This document shows, piece by piece, positions 1 to 12,015 of a stretch of 64,000 bases of DNA. This DNA is from Alphaproteobacteria bacterium. Lineage in GTDB: Bacteria > Pseudomonadota > Alphaproteobacteria > JAAXGF01. The stretch covers positions 2,016,001 to 2,080,000 of the forward strand of contig CAUVXB020000002.1 of NCBI GenBank assembly GCA_963555825.3, in the 5' to 3' direction. The first letter of the stretch is position 1, and every line of letters begins with the position of its first letter. The notes below the pieces were generated by a model, which saw nothing but the letters and a program-made list of their open reading frames with translations, did no database searches and was not told the DNA's origin. Position numbers and translations under genes: made by a program.

Positions 1-165
1 GCCCGGCTTCGAGGGCGCGTTGGTGCCCGCGCCGCCGGGCGAGAGCGGTTGGGGCATCATTTACAACAGCGCGATTAGCTCGCCGGGCCGAATTAATTTT
101 ACGCTCGGGCATGAGTTTGGTCATTACTTGCTGCACCGCATCGCCTACCCGAAGGGGTTTCACCG
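1..165 (+). pseudogene. ImmA/IrrE-family metallopeptidase (CapP-like) fragment; 5' end outside window, C-terminal half apparently lost
   Basis: PGFEGALVPAP..GWGIIYNSAISSPGRINFTLGHEFGHYLLHR contains an HExxH motif; similarity ends at ~165 and the ORF then runs antisense into the GFA gene. Confidence 0.65.
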
Positions 166-217
166 CCTAAGACCCTCTCGTCACCTCGTAACGGCGCCTT
201 CGCACCGTTCGTGCGAC

Positions 218-610
218 CTACTCCTCAAAGCGACCCGTGGCGTCACGATCGCGGTCGTATCGTCTCGTGAGCGGAAACGGCGGCAACCAGGACTCGCGAC
301 GGACGATCCAGCTTTCGTAGGTTGGCATCAGTTGGTCAGGGGCATCCAGGGATACTAAGTTCACTTCGATTTCGTCTGCGCTGCGTGCGAAAATGGACGA
401 GCCGCAGCGGGGACAGAACAACCGCCCGACGTAGTCGCGTGTTTCGCCATCGATCGTCACCGCATCCTGAGGGAACACCGCGGAAGCGTGAAAAAGGGCC
501 CCATGATGCTTGCGGCAGTCGAGACAGTGACAAAGGCCGACCCGGTATGGGAGTCCCGACGCCACAATTCGGACGTTGCCGCACAGGCAACCGCCGGTGA
601 ATCGGTCCAT
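218..610 (-). CDS. GFA (CENP-V/glutathione-dependent formaldehyde-activating) family protein
   Basis: GGCLCGNVR, CHCLDCRK and FCPRCGS zinc-binding motifs; GGAG RBS upstream. Confidence 0.9.
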   Translation of the reverse strand: MDRFTGGCLCGNVRIVASGLPYRVGLCHCLDCRKHHGALFHASAVFPQDAVTIDGETRDYVGRLFCPRCGSSIFARSADEIEVNLVSLDAPDQLMPTYESWIVRRESWLPPFPLTRRYDRDRDATGRFEE

Positions 611-948
611 GCTGCGTCTCCTCTAAAATCAAGCGGTCGGAATGGTTACAACGAACAGCACTGTCATTGCAATTGCCCGCTGCGGGCGACTTGCGACCCA
701 GACTGTGTAAAAACGCCGGCAAATACCACTAACAGGAGAGTGTCAAGTCAATTCTTCTATAGAGCCCTCATGATAAGATGTTGATTTGGTCGAACCTACA
801 AATTCGAGAATTCAGAGAAAATCGTGCCAATAGCGCTCGGGGGCGGTTTTTACACATGGCGTAACTCGGGGATCGGGCACTGCTCTCCTTAATGTAGCAA
901 CGACCGGCATGGGCCGGGCGAGCACACTGAAAGAGCAGGAGAGCAGCT

Positions 949-1978
949 ATGGAACTGTATGTTGGAATGGATGTATCGCTCAAGGAGACCTCGATCTGCG
1001 TGGTCGATGACAACGGCGAGATCGTGTCCGAGGGCGTGGTGATCTCGGAGCCGGCGGCAATCGCGGCGTATATCAGGACAACGGCGCCGCACGCAAAGCG
1101 CATCGGTCTGGAGACCGGTCCGACGACGACCTGGCTGTGGCATGAGCTCAGGGCGCTCGGCTTGCCGGTGATCTGCATCGATGCGCGTCATGCCAAGGCG
1201 GCGCTGTCGATGCAGATCAACAAGAGCGACCGGAACGATGCCGCCGGGATCGCGCGGGTCATGCAGTGCGGTTGGTACAAGGAGGTCCAAGTCGAGCGTG
1301 GCGTGCCACGAGATACGGGCCGTCCTGAACAGCCGGGCCCAGTTGGTCAAGATCAAGCGTGATCTCGAGAACCAGATCCGTGGCTTGCTCAAGAACCTCG
1401 GCCTCGTCATCGGCAAGGCGGGCGGCAATGTCTTCCGTCGCCGGGTCGAAGAGCTGCTTGGCGGGCAGGGTCTTTTGTCGGAGGCCGTTCGGCCCCTTCT
1501 GGAAGTCCGCGAGAAGGTCGGCCGAGAGATCGCCGCGCTCTATCGCAAGCTGCTGGGCCTGGCGCGGAACGACGAGGACAGCAGACGTTCCATGACGGTT
1601 CCAGGCATCGGGCCGATCACCGCCTTGGCCTTCCACTCGGCGATCGACGAGCCGAGCCGCTTCCGACGTTCCCGGAGTGTCGGCGCGTACATCGGGCTGA
1701 CGCCGCGCCGCCATGCTTCCGGCGAGGTCGATTGGACGGGGCGGATCTCCAAATGCGGCGATCGAATGCTCAGGACCTACCTCTTCGAGGCGGCCGGCGT
1801 GCTGCTCACCCGGGTGCCGCGATGGTGCGCGCTCAAGGCCTGGGGTCACAGGTTGTGGAAACGCATCGGCTTCAAGAAGGCCAAGATCGCCGTGGCACGG
1901 AAGCTGGCGGTCATCCTCCATCGCATGTGGCGTGATGGAACGGACTTCATCTGGTCAACCAAAGAGGCGGCCGCATAG
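949..1978 (+). pseudogene. IS110-family DEDD transposase/recombinase, frameshifted near 1291-1296
   Basis: N-terminal YVGMDVS..GLETGP..KSDRNDA in ORF 949-1362; C-terminal VPGIGPITA..GLTPRRHASGE..GRISKCGD..AVARKLA in ORF 1181-1978. Confidence 0.88.
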
Positions 1979-1984
1979 GGAAAC

Positions 1985-2190
1985 AACGTCCAAGCATTCC
2001 GCGAGAGCGGAACCGATGTCCCTGTCGGGACGGCGGCGTCGGCGAGATCGATCCAGGCTTTGCGATGCCTCACCGAGGCAAGCGCGCTTCACACATTGAT
2101 CCGCCAACGTCCTCCAACGCCATCATGCGGAGGGCCGAGCCCCTACCGCGGAGAGAACAGTGAACCCGGCAGGTACGTCACGGAGAGCTT
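1985..2190 (+). ncRNA. Putative bridge/seek RNA of the IS1111-type element
   Basis: Contains TCCAGGCT (2052-2059), TTCACACA (2088-2095), ACGCCAT (2117-2123) and AGAGAACA (2152-2159), matching both arms of the target and of the circle junction; RNA ends not determined. Confidence 0.75.
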
Positions 2191-2329
2191 GACAACCAAC
2201 CCCCGAGTTAGAGAACAGCCTGGACCCTCAGCAGACATTCATCGCTTTGAGTAAGGGGCACGATTCAGTGCCGATTGACATATAGTCTTCATGAATTTGA
2301 AGGTTATCTGGGAAATGTCGGCTTGATGT

Positions 2330-3643
2330 ATGACCTTAGGCAGCGGTGATTTTCCAACGGATCGACATGGCTGGGCGGAACTCCTGCCGGAACGGCAAGC
2401 GAGCCCGCCTTTAAGTGGAGCTCACAGGGTGTCGTGGGCGGTGATCGGGGCCGGGGTGACCGGTCTGGCCAGCGCCTGCCGTCTGGCCGAGCTCCACCCC
2501 GATCATGAGATCATGCTGCTGGATGCGCGTTTGGTTGGCCAGGGGGCCTCGGGGCGCAATTCCGGTTTTGCCGTCGCCGTCAGTCATTTCGATGGCGGCC
2601 TCGAGGCCGACGAGATGGCGAACTATCGTCGGGTCAATCGTATTAACCAAGCCGGTCTGGATCTGTTGCGAGTGCAAGTCGCCACGTCCGCGATTGATTG
2701 CCAATGGCAGGAAGATGGTTTTCACCATACCGCCGCTGATCGGCCGGCAATTCGCGAATGCCGCAATTTCCTGCGCTATCTTGAGGCCATGGAGATCGCC
2801 CATACGCCGCTTGATGCGGAGGCATTGAACGCGCGTCTGGGCACCACCCTTTACCAATCCGGCGTCCACGTCCACAAGGGGGCGCTCCTGCAACCGGCGG
2901 CCTTGGTGCGCGGGCTAGCGGACAATTTGCCCTCCAATGTCAGACTTCATGAACGAAGCCCGGTGCTCAGGATCGAGAATGGCACACCGCTGATTCTCCA
3001 CCTGCCAAATGGCGAGGTGCGGGCCGATAAACTTATTTTGGCGACCAACTACGAGGCGGCGAAACTTGGCTATCTGTGCCGCTATCTGATCGGCACCACC
3101 TTGTCGGGCAGTTTCACACGGACCTTAACTGATGATGAGCTTGCCAGCCTCGGCAGCCGGAAGGAATGGGGGGTTCTCTCGCTACACGGCGGCGGCGCGA
3201 CCGTGCGGCTGACGGCGGACCGGCGAATATGCCTGCGCAACGCGGCGGAGTATAATGGTGCCGCATTGCTGTCCGATAGGCAATTGGCCCATCGACAATC
3301 CATCCATCGGGCCGGGTTCGAGAAGCGCTTTCCGAAACTGGCCCATGTAGCGTTCGACTATGCCTGGTCCGGTGTCGAAGGGATCAGCCGCAACGGCGCC
3401 AATTTTTTCGGTCGCCAACGGGACAATATTTATCTCGCGGGCGGCTATAACGGTTCCGGCGTCAGCCGGGGGACGGCCTTCGGCACGGCGCTCGTAGACT
3501 ATGCCAGTGGCGGTCATTCACCGCTGATTGACGATTGTCTGGCCTCAGCACCTGGCGCCTGGATTCCGCCCAGGCCTTTCCTCGACATCGGCGCCCTTCT
3601 GACCGTCCGATCGCGTTTCCGGGGCGTTGGTTTGGATCGATAA
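2330..3643 (+). CDS. FAD-dependent oxidoreductase (DAO/PuuB-like)
   Basis: VIGAGVTG Rossmann motif, GASGRNSGF, GYNGSGV; paralog of 43197-44516. Confidence 0.88.
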   Translation: MTLGSGDFPTDRHGWAELLPERQASPPLSGAHRVSWAVIGAGVTGLASACRLAELHPDHEIMLLDARLVGQGASGRNSGFAVAVSHFDGGLEADEMANYRRVNRINQAGLDLLRVQVATSAIDCQWQEDGFHHTAADRPAIRECRNFLRYLEAMEIAHTPLDAEALNARLGTTLYQSGVHVHKGALLQPAALVRGLADNLPSNVRLHERSPVLRIENGTPLILHLPNGEVRADKLILATNYEAAKLGYLCRYLIGTTLSGSFTRTLTDDELASLGSRKEWGVLSLHGGGATVRLTADRRICLRNAAEYNGAALLSDRQLAHRQSIHRAGFEKRFPKLAHVAFDYAWSGVEGISRNGANFFGRQRDNIYLAGGYNGSGVSRGTAFGTALVDYASGGHSPLIDDCLASAPGAWIPPRPFLDIGALLTVRSRFRGVGLDR

Positions 3644-3754
3644 GGTCGCGAAGATGTACAGAGTCTGGAACGCGTCCTGGACCCTGAAGGAGCTCGGTTG
3701 GATGTAGTGCGTCGTGTCGGCGCGCGACTTCCCAAACAAACGGGGGGTTAAGGC

Positions 3755-3881
3755 AGGACGTTGCCCAGCGCCCCCATTTCTGCTGATGGCTACACTCGGA
3801 CCCAACGGCCACACCAGAACGATGACCGCTTTCGGACGATACGCCGACAGACAGGCCCACTTCGCGCTTTCAACACGTCAT
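3755..3881. repeat. Cluster of degenerate ~29-bp palindromes (family P) at island border
   Basis: e.g. ATGACCGCTTTCGGACGATACGCCGACAG (3822-3850), with more degenerate units at 3786-3815 and 3853-3881. Confidence 0.55.
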
Positions 3882-3976
3882 AGTGCCAACCGGGACACGG
3901 CCCATCGTTCGCCGCCTTTGACGCGCACCGGAACGCTCCAGTAGAGTGAGCGCCCTTTATTCGAGCCGGGCGGGAC

Positions 3977-6286
<2,310 letters not shown>

Positions 6287-6496
6287 GCAGGCGCCGCTAA
6301 GAGGCCAGACCGGCATGTATGACAGCCGGCGCCCGGCGCTGGCGCGCCCGGGTTGTCCTCTCGGACTGTTTATGGCATGATTACCGATGAAACAATGCAT
6401 TGAAATAGAATTATAAAACATCCATCGCCCTGGTCGGTCAGAGGCGTCAGTCGGGAAGCGCGGGCGAAAGCGACGCGCGCGGCGGCGCGACGGCGT

Positions 6497-6856
6497 ATGA
6501 CAATCGGCGCATGGGTGACCGGCGCCTTGACCAGCGCGGCGAACGCCGAACTGGGTGTCGGCGGGTCCGCGGCGCCGCACGGCGACAATGCCACGGCCGC
6601 GGGTCAACTGGTTGATCACGAGCGGCGCAACGCGCTGAAGCTCGATGAGCTGGCGGCGGCGATCGCGGCGCTCTCCGAACAGCTCGACCGGGCCGCCGGC
6701 CCGACCGCCCGCCTGGTCAGCGTCGACCAATTGGCGCGCGCGATCAAGCCGCTCGAACACGCGCTCGAGCGTGCCGAAAAGACCACCGGCGGCGACACCG
6801 GCGCGGGTCGCGTGACGGGACGTATCTCGAACCTGCCGGGCGCCCGCGGCGGCTGA
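6497..6856 (+). CDS. Hypothetical protein
   Basis: 119-aa ORF filling the gap after an AT-rich promoter-like stretch (6370-6420); no motif recognised. Confidence 0.45.
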   Translation: MTIGAWVTGALTSAANAELGVGGSAAPHGDNATAAGQLVDHERRNALKLDELAAAIAALSEQLDRAAGPTARLVSVDQLARAIKPLEHALERAEKTTGGDTGAGRVTGRISNLPGARGG

Positions 6857-6878
6857 CGCCCGGCCTTCGGCTGGTTCA

Positions 6879-6978
6879 TTGTCCGGTCATCTTTACGGGT
6901 AAAGATGACCTGCGCTCAATCGCCGCGCATGCCACTCTTATGGGATCAAAGCTGGCCGAACGGTCGGCGGCCGGCGGT
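6879..6978 (+). repeat. Structured intergenic repeat, family A copy 1
   Basis: GGTCATCTTT-ACGGGT-AAAGATGACC hairpin followed by TGCGCTCAATCGCCGCGCATGCC...TGGCCGAACGGTCGGCGG. Confidence 0.9.
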
Positions 6979-8096
6979 CAGGCGGCGATCGCCTCGCTGG
7001 CCGGCTGATACGGGTGGCCGAGGTCGCGCGCGACCGCCTCGTAGGTCACGTTGCCGTGGTGCACGTTGAGGCCCGCCAAGAGATGCGCGTCGTCGGCCAG
7101 CGCCTGCTTGTAGCCCTTGTCGGCGAGCGCAACGGTGAACGGCAGCGTCGCGTTGTTGAGCGCGAACGTCGAGGTCCGCGCGCAAGCGCCCGGCATGTTG
7201 GCGACGCAGTAGTGCACCACCGAATCGACGATGTAGGTCGGCTCGGCGTGGGTCGTCGCCTTGCTGGTCTCGGCGCAGCCGCCCTGGTCGATGGCGACGT
7301 CGACGAGCACCGAGCCGCGCTGCATCTTCGTGACCATCTCGGCGGTGACCAGCTTGGGCGCCTCGGCGCCCGGCACGAGCACCGCGCCTACCACGAGGTC
7401 GGCGCCCAAGACATGCTGCTCGACCGACTCGACGGTCGAATAGATCGTGTTGAGCGTCGGGCCGAACTGCATGTCGAGCTCCTGCAGGCGACGCACCGAG
7501 CGGTCGATCACCGTGACCTGCGCCTCGAGCCCCATCGCCATGCGCGCCGCGTTGGTGCCAACCACGCCGCCGCCGATGATCACGACGCGCGCCGCGGCGA
7601 CGCCCGCCACGCCGCCCAGCAGCATGCCGCGGCCGCCCTGTTCCATCTCGAGGCAGTGGGCCCCGGCCTGGATCGACATGCGCCCGGCGACCTCGCTCAT
7701 CGGCGCCAGCAGCGGCAGGCCGCCGCGGTCGTCGGTGACCGTCTCGTAGGCGATCGCGACGCAGCCCGCGCCCATCAGCAGCTCGGTTTGCCCGGGGTCG
7801 GGTGCGAGGTGCAAATAGGTGAACAGCAGCTGGCCCTCGCGCAGCATGCGGCACTCGTTCGGCTGCGGCTCCTTGACCTTGACCACCATGTCGGCGACAG
7901 CGAAGATTTCCTCGGCCGTGTCGACGATGCGCGCGCCGGACGTGACGTAGTGCTCGTCGTCGAGGCCGATGGCGCGACCGGCGTTGGCCTGAACGATGAC
8001 CTCGTGGCCGTGATGAACCAGTTCACGCACGCTCGACGTGATCAGTCCGACCCGGTACTCGTGCGTCTTGATCTCCTTAGGGACTCCTATCAGCAT
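6978..8096 (-). CDS. ald: Alanine dehydrogenase
   Basis: [46 protein letters not shown]. Confidence 0.96.
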   Translation of the reverse strand: MLIGVPKEIKTHEYRVGLITSSVRELVHHGHEVIVQANAGRAIGLDDEHYVTSGARIVDTAEEIFAVADMVVKVKEPQPNECRMLREGQLLFTYLHLAPDPGQTELLMGAGCVAIAYETVTDDRGGLPLLAPMSEVAGRMSIQAGAHCLEMEQGGRGMLLGGVAGVAAARVVIIGGGVVGTNAARMAMGLEAQVTVIDRSVRRLQELDMQFGPTLNTIYSTVESVEQHVLGADLVVGAVLVPGAEAPKLVTAEMVTKMQRGSVLVDVAIDQGGCAETSKATTHAEPTYIVDSVVHYCVANMPGACARTSTFALNNATLPFTVALADKGYKQALADDAHLLAGLNVHHGNVTYEAVARDLGHPYQPASEAIAA

Positions 8097-8889
8097 GTCT
8101 CTCCCCACATCCCGCTGCGTTGAATTCGAAGGCCGTCATGGCCAAGGTCGCGTAAAGGAAGCTTGCGTGCAAGCGCCTTCCGCGCGCATCTGGTCCGGCG
8201 GCGCCCATGGCGACCAGAAGCGGCACATAGTGATCGGCGCTCGGGTGGTTACGCGCGGCGTCGGGCCCTTGCGCGAGGTAGTCGACGAGCGCGTCCTCGT
8301 CGCCCGTCTCGACGCGCGCGGTGAGCCAGTCGTCGAACGCCTGGGCCCAGGGTTGGGGCGGCTCGTCACGCCCGCCGCGTTCGCTCAGATTGTGCGTCGC
8401 GTTGCCGCTCGCCAGCACCAGCACGCCTTCGTCGCGCAAGGCGGCGATGGCATGGCCGAGAGCCAGGTGATGCGCCGCGTCGCCGTGGCGCTGGATCGAG
8501 AGCTGGGTGACCGGGATGTCGGCGTCCGGATAGATCATCATCATGGGCGCCCAGGCGCCGTGGTCGAGCCCGCGCGCGTCGTCGAGCGCACAGCCGATGC
8601 CGGCATCGTCGAGCAGCGCGGCGGTGCGGCGCGCCAGCTCGGGCGCACCCGGCGCAGCATAGCGCAGCCGATAGAGTGCATCGGGAAAGCCGTAGAAGTC
8701 GTATATCGTCTCAGGCGCGGCGACGGCGCTGACGCTGGGGCTTGCCGTCTCCCAATGCGCCGAGACGCAGAGCACGGCCTCGGGCCGGGCGAGCGTGTCG
8801 CCGAGGTCGCGCAGGAACCGCGCGCTCGGCACGTCCTCGATAATCAGCGGCGGCGGGCCGTGCGAGACGAACAGCGTGGGCAGGGGCAT
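8077..8889 (-). CDS. DODA/LigB-family extradiol ring-cleavage dioxygenase (YgiD-like)
   Basis: PTLFVSHGPP, VSAHWET, RGLDHGAW, SGNATHNL, HPSADHYVPL. Confidence 0.9.
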   Translation of the reverse strand: MPLPTLFVSHGPPPLIIEDVPSARFLRDLGDTLARPEAVLCVSAHWETASPSVSAVAAPETIYDFYGFPDALYRLRYAAPGAPELARRTAALLDDAGIGCALDDARGLDHGAWAPMMMIYPDADIPVTQLSIQRHGDAAHHLALGHAIAALRDEGVLVLASGNATHNLSERGGRDEPPQPWAQAFDDWLTARVETGDEDALVDYLAQGPDAARNHPSADHYVPLLVAMGAAGPDARGRRLHASFLYATLAMTAFEFNAAGCGERHADRSP

Positions 8890-9191
8890 GATCGGCGCGC
8901 CATCTTGTCGATTGCTTCGGTTCTCAATGCATAGACCACGTCGTCGAGGGCACCGCAACACGATCCGCCGACGGCCGCTTCCGGGCGCTCGGCGGGCGCC
9001 AATCATGCGGCGCTTCGACACCGGCTAACCGCCAAGCGGAGACCCTTCACGAGGCGACGCTATCCAAGCGCAGAAATGGCGATCACGGTCGGCCAGTGAC
9101 ATCCCGGCTAGGCTGCTGAATGTAAGCCGAGACTCTTCCTCTTCGGTTGGTTTAACGTCCCGATTACTTCCATTCGGGGATCGGGGCCGAC

Positions 9192-10310
9192 ATGCCGATG
9201 ACGCTGAATTATTGGACACGCCGGTCACCCTTCTTCGAAGCCGCGCGTCGCGCCGGATGCAAGGGGGCGTCGGTTGCCAACCACATGTACCAGCCGCATT
9301 CCTACGACGATCCGGTCACCGAGTATTGGCACCTGATCAATGGCGTTACCCTGTGGGACGTCGGCACCGAGCGACAGGTCGAGATCGCCGGACCGGACGC
9401 GGCGGCGTTCGTCGATCGGCTGACGCCGCGCGACGTCACCAGGGTCGCGCCGGGAAAGTGCCGCTACATCATGGTTACTTCGGAGGAAGGCGGCATCGTG
9501 AACGATCCCGTCATGCTGCGCCTCGCCGCCGACCGCTACTGGCTGTCCAGCTCCGATAGCGATCTCCTGTTGTGGGCCAAGGGCATCGCCGTCCACGCCG
9601 GCATGGATGTGCGGATCGAGGAGCCCGACGTCAGCCCTGTCCAGGTCCAAGGGCCGAAGTCGAAAGCGGTCATCGGCGCGCTGTTCGGTGAGGCCGTCGC
9701 GGGTCTCGCCTACTACACCCTGGTCGAGACCACCCTGGACGATATCCCGGTGGTCGTGACGCACACCGGCTGGAGCGGCGAGTTCGGCTATGAGGTGTTC
9801 CTGCGCGACAGCCGCTTCGGCGACGCCCTGTGGGACCGCATCCTGGAAGCCGGAAAACCCCACGGCATTGCCGTTACCGGGCCATCCGACATTCGCCGCG
9901 TCGAGGCCGGCATTCTCGGTTACCGGTCCGACATCGACCTCGATGTCAACCCGTTCGAGGCGGGCATGGAACGGCTGCTCGATCTCGACAGCGACCGCTC
10001 GTTCGTCGGCAAGCGGGCTTTGTTGGGCATCAGGGAGGCCGGTGTCGCGCGCCGGATCGTCGGCGTGGAACTGGCCGGGGAACCGCTCCGCCACGGCATA
10101 TTCACCGAGCGGTGGCCGGTCATCAAGGGCGGGCGGATCGGCGACGTTCTCGTCGCGCTCCATTCGCCGCGACTGGCAAAGAACATCGGCTACGCCATGG
10201 TCGCCATCGAACATGCGGCTCTCGGCGCGACCATGACCGTCGTGACGCCGCTCGGCGACTTGGCCGCACGCGTCGTCGAGATGCCATTTGTCAATGCGGT
10301 GAAGGTCTGA
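9192..10310 (+). CDS. GcvT-family aminomethyltransferase, DmdA-like
   Basis: RRSPFF..NHMYQP..LWDVGTERQVEIAGPDA, HTGWSGEFGYE, RRVEAG. Confidence 0.85.
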   Translation: MPMTLNYWTRRSPFFEAARRAGCKGASVANHMYQPHSYDDPVTEYWHLINGVTLWDVGTERQVEIAGPDAAAFVDRLTPRDVTRVAPGKCRYIMVTSEEGGIVNDPVMLRLAADRYWLSSSDSDLLLWAKGIAVHAGMDVRIEEPDVSPVQVQGPKSKAVIGALFGEAVAGLAYYTLVETTLDDIPVVVTHTGWSGEFGYEVFLRDSRFGDALWDRILEAGKPHGIAVTGPSDIRRVEAGILGYRSDIDLDVNPFEAGMERLLDLDSDRSFVGKRALLGIREAGVARRIVGVELAGEPLRHGIFTERWPVIKGGRIGDVLVALHSPRLAKNIGYAMVAIEHAALGATMTVVTPLGDLAARVVEMPFVNAVKV

Positions 10311-10337
10311 GACCGGTGCGTCACGAAAGGAACGAAG

Positions 10338-11243
10338 ATGGGAATTCTCGACGATAAGGTCGCACTGGTCACCGGCGCCAGCCGGGGAATTGGGCGGGGC
10401 GTCGCGATCGGGCTGGCGCGCGAGGGCGCGCGGCTCGCAATCACGGCGCGAACCATGACGCCGGCCGATGCTCCCGGCCTCGATGGCGGCGACCGGCGGG
10501 TGCCGGGCACGCTCGTCGAGACACGAGAGGCCCTAGACGAGATGGGCGCCGGGGTGCTTGCTTCGCCCGCCGACTTGGCCGATGTCGAAAGCGTGCGCGA
10601 CCTGGTGAGCCAGACGATCGAGACGTTCGGCCGTATCGACATCGTCGTAAACTGCGCCATGGGGTTCGCCGACGACTTCGAGGGCACGTCGTTCTGGCAG
10701 AGCCCGGTAACCGATTGGGATATGCAGAACACCGTCGGCGTTCGCTCCCACTACATGACCGGCTATTTCGCCGCGCCCCACATGGTCCGTCAAGGTAGCG
10801 GCCTGATCGTCAATATATCGTCGGCGGGGGCGATCGGGGAGTACTACAACGTCGGTTTCCGCGTCGCCCATGCCGCCAACAGCCGACTCGCCAAGGCGAT
10901 GGCCTTCGACTTGAAGAGCCACGGTGTCGCCGCGCTGGCGCTTTGGCCGCGCTGGGTGTTGACCGAAAGGGTGAAGCTCGCCGCCGCGAACAGCCATCCC
11001 GGCTTCCACGTCGAGGAGGCCGAGTTGGCCGACGCCGACACGCCCGAACTGATCGGTGCGGCGATCGCCCGGCTGTCCGTCGACCCCGAGCTGATGGCGA
11101 AGAGCGGACACGTTCAGCTCATCGCGGAACTGGCCGACGAATACGGTTTGGTCGAGGCCGACGGGCGGCAGCCCCGGATCGACGACTTTACGCGCGAATT
11201 GCGCGAACGGCTCGACCGTATCGAGGCGGCGTTGGACTGGTAG
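10338..11243 (+). CDS. SDR-family oxidoreductase
   Basis: VALVTGASRGIGRG, GRIDIVVN, IVNISS; canonical YxxxK not seen. Confidence 0.85.
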   Translation: MGILDDKVALVTGASRGIGRGVAIGLAREGARLAITARTMTPADAPGLDGGDRRVPGTLVETREALDEMGAGVLASPADLADVESVRDLVSQTIETFGRIDIVVNCAMGFADDFEGTSFWQSPVTDWDMQNTVGVRSHYMTGYFAAPHMVRQGSGLIVNISSAGAIGEYYNVGFRVAHAANSRLAKAMAFDLKSHGVAALALWPRWVLTERVKLAAANSHPGFHVEEAELADADTPELIGAAIARLSVDPELMAKSGHVQLIAELADEYGLVEADGRQPRIDDFTRELRERLDRIEAALDW

Positions 11244-11293
11244 CCCGAGCGCTGGTCATGGCGCTCGTGCAATTCTAAGGTTTTTCGCCGATA

Positions 11294-11369
11294 TCGCCTG
11301 CTTCCGAGCAGATTGCGGACCTCGCGCCGCTGGGCGCCGGATGTCGGCTCATAGCCACAGGCAGACATT
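11294..11369. repeat. Two family-P palindromes at left border of accessory island
   Basis: TCGCCTGCTTCCGAGCAGATTGCGGACCT (11294-11322) and ATGTCGGCTCATAGCCACAGGCAGACATT (11341-11369). Confidence 0.7.
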
Positions 11370-11379
11370 GAGACCTCGT

Positions 11380-11413
11380 CGTTAGACTCGCTTCTCGAGC
11401 ATCTATAGACTGC
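11380..11413 (+). promoter_or_regulatory. Putative sigma70 promoter TAGACT-N17-TAGACT, copy 1
   Basis: CGTTAGACTCGCT...ATAGACTGC, repeated at 11926-11959; lies ~30 bp before the GFA start. Confidence 0.55.
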
Positions 11414-11440
11414 AACCGACGCCTACTGAGGAATGCAGCG

Positions 11441-11908
11441 ATGGATGAAGACCACATCGTCGAAGGCGGCTGCATGTTCGGTGCTGTGCGGTATCGGGCA
11501 AGCGGAGAACCGTTTTGGGTCGGTCATTGCCACTGTCCGAGTTGCCGACGCCATACCGGGGCGCCCGTGGTCACTTTCGCCGCATTCAAGGCGCATCAAG
11601 TCGCGTTCACCAAGGGCGAACGCCGGATCTATAACTCGTCGCCCGGCGTCAAGCGCGGCTTCTGCGGCGACTGTGGCACGCCGCTGACGTGGGAAGGGCA
11701 GAGCGAAGTCCCGGAACGCGGCATGATCGTCGAGTTCTACATCTCCTTGTTCGACGACCCCGACGCGTTCATGCCGACCAACCACCTCTGGTACAAGTAC
11801 CGGATCGCTTGGTTCGACGTCGCCGACGACCTGCCGCGCTATAACGAGTTCGATTCGACCAGCGACATTGACCGCCACGGACCGGCGACCGACGGCTTAC
11901 CCGGCTAA
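11441..11908 (+). CDS. GFA family protein
   Basis: GGCMFGAVRY, HCHCPSCRR, FCGDCGTPL; GAGGA RBS; close paralog of 54946-55410. Confidence 0.9.
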   Translation: MDEDHIVEGGCMFGAVRYRASGEPFWVGHCHCPSCRRHTGAPVVTFAAFKAHQVAFTKGERRIYNSSPGVKRGFCGDCGTPLTWEGQSEVPERGMIVEFYISLFDDPDAFMPTNHLWYKYRIAWFDVADDLPRYNEFDSTSDIDRHGPATDGLPG

Positions 11909-11925
11909 GGGCGGTGCAACGACCC

Positions 11926-11959
11926 CGTTAGACTCGCTCCGTCCGCTTCCATAGACTGC
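11926..11959 (+). promoter_or_regulatory. Putative sigma70 promoter TAGACT-N17-TAGACT, copy 2
   Basis: Same hexamers and 17-bp spacing; upstream of the original GTG (11994) of the cyclase gene. Confidence 0.55.
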
Positions 11960-12015
11960 CATCGACAACGAATTCGGATCGGGGGGCACTCCCGTGGCAG
12001 GGGGGACTGTCGAAC

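Larger units (their letters stand above)
857..2217 (+). mobile_element. IS110-family (IS1111-type) insertion sequence
   Basis: Sub-terminal IRs TAACTCGGGG (862-871) / CCCCGAGTTA (2201-2210); CA core at 855-856 and 2216-2217; long non-coding region downstream of the transposase; TTGACA at 2189-2194. Confidence 0.88.
699..2222. mobile_element. Non-autonomous IS1182-type MITE (~163 bp) interrupted in one IR by an IS1111-type element
   Basis: IR CAGACTGTGTAAAAACG at 699-715, identical to the reverse complement of 19493-19509; other IR split as GGTTTTTACACA (845-856) / GCCTG (2218-2222); GACC duplicated at 695-698 and 2223-2226. Confidence 0.8.

Noticed and set aside
9037-9103. Short words (CGGAGACCCTTC, CAGTGACATC, GGCGATCAC) shared with 47610-47730, possible riboswitch
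   Set aside because: Order differs between the loci, matches are short enough to be chance, and no glycine or other riboswitch consensus was recognised.
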